A stretch of 63,348 bases of DNA, filler included, from Collodictyon triciliatum (lineage: Eukaryota): NCBI GenBank assembly GCA_043381765.1. It is 9 parts of 9 records of this genome, joined end to end, with 100 filler letters (N's around TTAATTAATTAA, not from the genome) between each part and the next. Parts side by side here need not be neighbours in the genome. Positions count along the whole stretch, not along the records: positions 51,395 to 58,623 come from JBHJMP010004002.1; positions 58,724 to 63,348 come from JBHJMP010004056.1; 7 more parts are not named here. One strand, 5' to 3'. Within the stretch, counting starts at the first letter, position 1. Every line of letters begins with the position of its first letter. The notes below the pieces were generated by a model, which had not been told where the DNA came from, searched no databases, and saw only the letters and a list, made by a program, of their open reading frames with translations. A program made the translations under genes and the position numbers. Of this stretch, positions 55,298 through 63,348 are shown piece by piece.

Positions 55298-58200
55298 ATG
55301 AAGATAAGTGAAAGCTCCAAAATTCGATTCCAACCACACAACACTTCCCGACGAGATCAAGCATCATCACCCTCTTTAAGCTTAGGAAAGAAATCTGAAA
55401 TGGTCAGCATTCTTATATTACTAATATTTATATACACATACAAATTAGAGTGTTCGAAAGTAAACTCTTCCAGATTCTATTCTATTTTATTCTACCCTAT
55501 TCCATTCTATTCGGTTCCTTATTATTTATCGATAGATAGATAAAAAATACATCACTCAGCGTTGATCACATCCTTCATTGCTGTGAATTATATCACCACA
55601 AAGAAACTTCTCACATGTTCAACTATAGAGCGGACACAAACTACCTCGCAGTGTTCATTCTAGTATAGAAAAAGACTACGATCTTGTCACTGCAATTCGG
55701 ATGATATCAACGAAATCTCCGATTGCAGAACTTCATCATAAAATAGGCGATATTCATGTAATCAACGCTTTTTCATCCCATACTGCACATATGAATTATC
55801 ATTCATTTATAATATATCCGTTTCAACTCATATTTTTTCGAGTAAATTCATCTTTTGAAAATCTAGTATGAGTTGCTCGTTCCTTACTTCATAATCAGCT
55901 TCTCTATGCTACATTATGCGGCAGACCTCTATTTAATTGAGGTGAAAATATAACATGAACTAGATTCCTGACCAAGCCAGAGATCATATTAAGAAACTAA
56001 TATCCACAGACTTTCGACAAGGAAAATCTGATATGGTTCGTTTATAGTCGCATATTAGAATTCAATTATGATATCTGCCAATTAACAAATGATTCAGATG
56101 ACTTCTCTTAATAAAAATTCAACTTAGATTATCAAACCGAACTTTTCACCTAAGGACACAAAGGAGGATTCTTTTGTAGGAGAAGAAGATGTACTTATGG
56201 ATGGGAAACCAGAATCGTCTGGGACCCGGACGAGAGGAATATCATTTGCAAATTTGTCTCAAGACCAAGAAGTACGATTCACACGGCCAGTCAGTGTATC
56301 AAGCATAGGTTCTCTAATCGTCTATTCTATTTATCTCATGGATATCAAATTATACGACTCTTGGTGACATCTGAGAGGATTTTTCTTTGAAAAACAGAAG
56401 AAAAAAAAGGTTACACTTATCAAATAAATAAATACAAAACCTCAAGAAAACAATTTTTCACTTGCTCCTTTAAAGGACACGAGGGTTCTCGGGCGTCAAA
56501 GGAACTCGTCAGCATCCAAAAGTTGAATGAATTATACGACTCTCAGCAATCAGACGATGAAGTGTCAGCCATGTTTTCGGGAATAGACCCATTCCGAGAT
56601 ATGTAAATTGTTAATTCCGTTTAGACTTTCGAGATTATCCTTTACATAAAGCATTTCCTGAACCGAATAAAAAAATTTTTAAAAAAAATCATCTATTAAT
56701 GCGTTTTCCTTTTCTGGTTAGCAAGCCAGGGCTAACCCCATCTTTCGAAAAAAAATAATTAAACAAATATAAATATAAACTTCTTTAACAACAAAATATT
56801 ACACACATATCATAAACAGGTCTAGAATATCTGATGTACACAATGAAAGCATACTGGATGTAAATTCTCAATAGACGTCATTTAAAATTATCTTTATACT
56901 CATTTATCTAGTATCTAGAACTAAAACGTCTGTCCACAAAAACCGATGTTATCTTATCCATCAATTCGCCTTTTAGATATCACATGTTCCAGCAGCATGG
57001 GCACCATCCTCTCTATCATTCTCCATTCCAGAGAGATCTGACACCAGGCGGTCTAACACTTCAAGACTCAGGTTCAAACTAGAGTTGATGCCCTGATAGC
57101 ATATGTATGCAAAAAGTAATTTATTTACTTATCTCTAGGGAGCGGCGAATTAGACTGGCCAATCTTAAGGAACAGCTCAACAATGAAGAACTTGTTCAGC
57201 AAGAGCATATTGTATGGTGCTTTAGATAAGAAAAAAACATTCAGTAACCTTTAATTTGATTTGGTTTCAATTTGATGACAATTGCATCAATATTCAACCA
57301 TGCAGCGATATCTGTCAGAACTAGAGGCCATACGTGAGCAGCATAAGCACGAAATTAGAAAGAGGTTTGCTGGGGTATATTTATAATATGAAAAGGGTGT
57401 AATTTTTCTTCACACGCAAGATACATTCTCACATTTTATTTGTGTATATATTTCTATTCAGAAACGAACAAAAATATCTTGATGGTCTGGAGGATGCAAG
57501 GAAAAAAGCGGAGGCAGAAAAGTTAGAAAAGCGAAGGCTTGTACCTTAAAAGAAATTATTCAACCTACCTACATCATGTTGTACAAACTGAAAGGAGGAA
57601 AAAAGAAAGAAAAAGAAACTGATTAACCTAGCCAAAATGTCCGTTTTCTATGTTCTAACATTTATTTAAATTTTAGACTTAGAGTTAGTCAGAAAGAAGC
57701 GCAAAAAGAAGTGATATTGTTGCATAATTTACAGCAACGAAAAACTGAGATTGAGCGAAAAAAGGTGATAAAATGATGGCATATCGAATCTTACATTTTT
57801 GTGGTGGCTGGGGTTCCCTAATTGTATCTAACTAAACAATTTTTGATAAATGTATGGATAATATGTTGCCCTATTTCTTAACGATTGTATATCAGATTCT
57901 CCTAACAGAGTCAAAAAGACGAGCTGAGGATGCCATGGAGCAACAATCTCGCAGTCAGTTATACGAGCATCGGTCTAAGGAGTTTGTACTAATATTACAA
58001 ATTATAAGTATCAATGTTTGCATGGTTTTATGTATATACACATATTTAATTTAGAATCTAATTTTTCTCAGGAAACTAAAAAGGATGGAAGAATTCGATT
58101 CAAAGCAAACAGGGGTTGAAAAGAGATTACAGCAGCTTAAACATATGAAAGACCAGTGAGGTTTTCTTGGATGTACTTATCGTGGTCGTTGTAATGATTC

Positions 58201-58426
58201 TATACCAGAGCTGTTACTTATTGGCATCCTTAGGGAAGTTCGAATTAAAAAACTTCAAGACGCAATTAAGCGCGAAGAGGCAGCCATTCGAAAACAGGAA
58301 TATGTAAGATATATGACAAGCTGGTTGTCAATACAATTCTACCTCCAAATTATTTTTGAGACTCTGTGTACTCTCTAGGAAAATCAAACTAGAGCAAAGC
58401 CAGAATGGGTGAACAGATTCAGAAAG
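55298..58426 (+). CDS. Hypothetical multi-exon protein with C-terminal coiled coil (3' truncated)
   Basis: Many short GT-AG-bounded exons rich in E/K/Q (e.g. RYLSELEAIREQHKHEIRK, ILLTESKRRAEDAMEQQ). No family recognised. Confidence 0.6.
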
Positions 58427-58889
58427 GTATTTTTCTGGAGACAAGTACTTTCAAAGCTTTTAAAGTATTAACTGTGTCGAAAATCGAAGCTTAAATGTTC
58501 ATCTGGCTACATCTGCAATCTATTCTTTTCTTTTCTTTTCTTTTCTTTTCTTTTCTTTTCTTTTCTTTTCTTTTCTTTTCTTTTCTTTTCTTTTCTTTTC
58601 TTTTCTTTTCTTTTCTTTTCTTTNNNNNNNNNNNNNNNNNNNNNNNNNNNNNNNNNNNNNNNNNNNNTTAATTAATTAANNNNNNNNNNNNNNNNNNNNN
58701 NNNNNNNNNNNNNNNNNNNNNNNATAAAAATAAAAATAAAAATAAAAATAAAAATAAAAATAAAAATAAAAATAAAAATAAAAATAAAAATAAAAATAAA
58801 AATAAAAATAAAAATAAAAAAGAAAAGAAAAAAAGAGAAAAGAAAAAGAAAGGCACGATTTTACCACACTTCAATATGTTTCCTTTAGG

Positions 58890-61800
58890 ACTTAACACTA
58901 GTCAGTGCATGCGCCCCTCCTGGTGGAGGACGTCATCCATTGTCTCTCCGCTTTATGAGACATTTTAACATGCTGAACATTCCTACGCCATCTGTGGAAA
59001 GGTTTCGATTTGATGCACTTTATTTTATTGAATGAGATTGATGGCGATCAGTTTATATGATTTCATTTCATTTGGTCATTAATTTTGATGATTATGCTTT
59101 CATTATGTTTACTTGGTGATCGATTAAAGATTAAATAAAACTGAGATTAAAATTGCTCATGATGTAATCATATTATAATTAAATTAGATGAATTGTTAAT
59201 CTAATATTTCTTCTTTTTTTTTTTAAAAAAAAAATAAGTATGAAAACAATATTCTCACAAATCATGGACAATTGGATTCAGTTATTCAACCCCGAATTTA
59301 AACATTTAAGTAAGATATCATATACAATCATACTCGGCCATTAAATTATGAGTTCATGTTGACATCTATCAGTTCAAAAGATCAAAATATTTAGTCTTTT
59401 GTATTAATTGCAGGTGAAGCTATCGTTGATTCATCCATTTCATTATTTACGAGAATCTGCAACGATCTTCGACCAACACCAGCCAAGTCCCATTATACAT
59501 TCAACTTGAGAGATCTTTCCAAAGTGTTCCAAGGGGTTTATATTACTCTCTTATTCGTTTTTCTATTTCCACATATTGGTTGATATAAAGTGCCAAATAT
59601 AACTCTCATTCGAACCTCCCTTCAGAGAGGATTGGTCCTCAAATGAAACTTATACGTAACTTTTTTATGATAGGTGATGCAAATCAAATCAATCACCGTG
59701 ACTGAGAAGGGAACGATTATTCGCCTTTGGATTCATGAGACCACTCGTATATTCTGTGATAGACTCACCACGAACGACGACCGCCGCTATTTCAGAGAGC
59801 AGGTAAGCCATTCGCATCTTAAATTTTATTCATATATTATAACTATGGCAGATATACATCTATTCTATTCCCATACGAAAGAGAGTCCAGAAGAAAAAAT
59901 ATCAACTGAGTTCATAAACTGATTCCGTGGTCTCTGTTCCATCGTGAATACTAGATATCGGACTTGCTATTAAAGTATTTCGATATGCGTATGGATCCAG
60001 AACGAATGGCAAATAGCGACCCTATACTATTTGGAGATTATTTCATGAGAGGTGTCACCGGTGATGCTCGCATGTATACGGAAGTACCGACTCTATCGAA
60101 GACAGGTTTATCTTTGCAATATTTTTGATATTTGTTTGCCTTAGCAATATTCTTAAACTGCATCATAAAAACTCATCAAATCATCGCACGATTTTTTTTT
60201 CTTAAAAACACATAAAATTCAAACAAAAACTGTTTTAGCCAAACTTTTTGAGGACTACCAAGAGGAATACAACATCAATTCACAAAAGGAGATTCAGATG
60301 GTATTTTTTCGAGATGCTGTTGAACATTTATCTAGAATTTGCCGTATCATACGCCAACCAAGAGGAAATGCTTTGCTTGTTGGCGTCTCTGGTGTTGGAA
60401 AACAGTCACTAACTCGTTTGGCCTGCACTATATCGGAGTATAAATGCTTCCAGATTCAGTTGACCAAGGTTGCTATCAACCAAAATACTCACCTTTATTT
60501 AAAAGTTCACAACCCCGCCCCCCTCCCCCTCCCCTCCTTGCTATCCATGGCACATGTCATTACACAAGATATTTATTTAAACTGAAAGAAAATCCTCTAA
60601 CTTTATTTACATATCTATTTATGAGTCGATTCTTGATACCATTTTCCCCCTTTCTCTCTTTTACATAATCACACTGTAGTCTTATGGAGCGAATGAATTT
60701 CACGAGGACTTGAAAAAGATGTATCTTACGGCAGGTGTAGATGGCCATCCCATAGTTTTCCTCCTTTCAGATACCCAAATTGTGCACGAAACTTTCCTCG
60801 AGGACGTAAATAATATCCTGAATTCCGGTGAAGTTCCTAATCTATTTGAGGCGGATGAATATGAAAAGGTATTGTCATCACCTAATCACTCTATTTTTAT
60901 CTTTTATTCGAAATCATTCAATCACTCCATAATTGTAACTATCGTATGATAATTTTATTTTTCATTTAGGTTTTGAATGACATGAGGCCTCACGTGAAGA
61001 CTATGGGGTTATCCGAATCGAGAGAAAATCTGTGGAGCCATTTCATCCATAGAGTACAGGATAATTTACACGTAGTGCTATGCATGTCACCTGTCGGAGA
61101 TAATTTTAGAAGCCGGTTTGAAATACTTTTATTTCATTTTTTAAAGAAAAGAAGAAAAGAACGCACTCATTGATATTACTAACCAATTCAACTCTTAACT
61201 CCGATTTGATATAAATCCTGATATCCGAATTAAAAATAAAGATAAAATTTTAACCCATTCCAATTATTTGTTAGTTGTCGCATGTTTCCTTCACTAGTGA
61301 ATTGCTGTACTATCGATTGGTTCGAAGTGTGGCCTTTGGATGCATTGCAGAGTGTTTCAAAACAACTACTTTCCAAAATACCTCTTTCGGTTTGTATTCC
61401 TAATTATACTTACTCTATGTTTACACGTATTATCCCTCTTCAATAGTTTGCAGTTTCCTCGGCTTTGTTTTCTCTCAATAAAGTGTTGAAAAGAAACCAA
61501 AAAAAAAAATCCCTCTTCAATAGTTTACCGAAACTCTTAATTCTATCATCGCCTTTGCCAATTTATTTCCTTCTAGATAAACGAACTGGACATTATTGAG
61601 AATGTCAGCAACATGTGCGTTGAAATACATTCAAATGTGGCCACGGCTTCGGACGAATTTTATCAAGTAAGTTTAATTTTGCGCATGAATTTCCATACTC
61701 ATCCAAAATGTGCTAAATTTCAAACCGCAGATTATAATATATATGTAAAACAATTTAAAATACTAGGGTGCCATAAACTAATACACTTTTGCGTATCCGT

Positions 61801-63250
61801 ATCTTTTAGGCACTTCGACGACGTTATTACACAACACCGACAAGCTATTTGGAATTTGTGGGCTTATTCATCTCTATGCTCGATGAGCGTCGCAAAGAAA
61901 TTTTGTCATCAAGGTTCCTAATAATAAGAGTTCCTAACTTAGTTGGATGTAAAAATCTTTTCATATACTTTTCTTTCTTTCGCTTATGATACTTCAACTT
62001 TAGTCAATAATCATATATCACCTGTACTTTGTAGGGAAAGACTGAACAGCGGATTAACAAAGCTGTTGGAAACGAATGAGATGGTAGCAACGATGCAAGT
62101 AGAGTTGTCACAACTGCAACCAGTTTTGGAAAAAAAGGTTCCAAAAAAGATGTTCAATCCAATAATATCACCACACCAAAAGAGGAGACATTCTAATCTT
62201 CATTTAATGTCATCGAGTATTCATAACATGTAAAAGAATGATATAGAATAATTAATAATAATCGTAATCGTAATCGTAATCGTAATCGTAATCGTAATCG
62301 TAATCGTAATCGTAATCGTAATCGTAATCGTAATCGTAATCGTAATCGTAATCGTAATCGTAATCGTAATCGTAATCGTAACAATAATAATAAACAAACA
62401 AATAACAATAATAAACAAACAAACAAACAAACAAACAAACAAACAAACAAACAAACAAACAAACAAACAAACAAACAAACAAACAAACAAACAAACAAAC
62501 AAACAAACAAATAAATGTAATCTTCTGAATTTGTTAAATTTTTATCTCTATATAGGCGAAAGCTATTGAAGTGCTATTGGAGCAACTATCAAAAGACCAA
62601 CAGAATGCCGATGCAATTAAGAAGGCAACACTTCTATCCTTTTTTTTTTTTTTGAAATATTACCACCCAATGAAAGAAGCTTCAATCAAATGGATACTAA
62701 TGGATTTCGCATAAAGATATCTTCGAATTTCCCGGAGTCATGTTGCTTGATAATAAATTAACTGTCTATGTGTACAGGTTGTTCTGTCCGAGGAAAGTAC
62801 CGTTAAACAACAGACACAGGAGACGCAAGCACTTGCCGATGAAGCTCAAAAGGATTTGGATGAGGTTTGCAGCCGCTTGAATTTTATGTAGGAATTATTT
62901 TTTGTTCTAATCACTGCTCTCAATTTTTATGTATATCATATCGCTCATAGGCTATGCCAATTCTAAACGCAGCCCTAGAAGCACTGAATTCTCTAAATAA
63001 GAATGACATTTCAGAGATCAAGTCCTTTACAAAGCCACCGGAATTAGTTTGTTATACAATAATACTTTACTCTTTGATTTGAAAGATTTCTAGAATCATT
63101 TGAAGTCCTATTTACTCTTTTACCTGGACTAGGTTCTCACAGTTATGGAGTCCGTCTGTACACTGCTACAAGCCAAAACAGATTGGCCATCCGCCAAAGC
63201 TCTCTTAAGTGACCCAGGCTTTTTGAATAAACTAATTACTTTTGATAAGG
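58890..63250 (+). CDS. DNAH6: Axonemal inner-arm dynein heavy chain, DNAH6-like (internal fragment AAA3-AAA4-stalk)
   Basis: [105 protein letters not shown]. The paralog assignment is from memory. Confidence 0.9.
61432..61526 (+). mobile_element. Short poly(A) retroposed fragment, family C, in a dynein intron
   Basis: 18-bp direct repeat ATCCCTCTTCAATAGTTT flanks a 59-nt insert containing AATAAA and ending in an A-run. Confidence 0.8.
62260..62510. repeat. (AATCGT)n and (AAAC)n intronic microsatellites
   Basis: Directly visible. Confidence 0.95.
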
Positions 63251-63348
63251 TATAAGAAGGTCATCATACGAACTAGTGAATACTCTATTCATAGCAAAAA
63301 AAAAAAAAAACCTACTCTTTATTTTAAATTTTTTTTTTAAATCAATCC

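Noticed and set aside
60513-60537. G-quadruplex-capable tract (minus strand) in a dynein intron
   Set aside because: Single short C-rich run with no supporting context.

Overview
AT-rich, intron-rich eukaryotic DNA from a flagellated microbial eukaryote (axonemal dynein, MORN3), using the standard genetic code. The window is not one locus. It consists of nine contigs (eight of about 7.23-7.25 kb, the last cut by the window end) joined by artificial N44-TTAATTAATTAA-N44 linkers, so adjacency across linkers carries no meaning. Recognisable genes: a Cache-HAMP class III nucleotide cyclase, two signal-peptide WD40 proteins with different C-termini, HEATR6, a Sel1-repeat gene, SPT3, a SUV39-type SET methyltransferase, MORN3, a RING-Bbox-Bbox-coiled-coil (TRIM-like) gene, a decayed Fanzor and a DNAH6-like dynein heavy chain. 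Main discovery: the apparently non-coding 4.4 kb downstream of the TRIM-like gene (44586-48992, minus strand) is a regular array of about 42 single-codon (3-nt) micro-exons plus several 6-15 nt exons. They are separated mostly by 60-110 nt GT-AG introns, so the C-terminal domain appears to be spelled out one amino acid per exon. Also found: ultra-short poly(A) retroposon scars with target-site duplications, one family recurring on five contigs.
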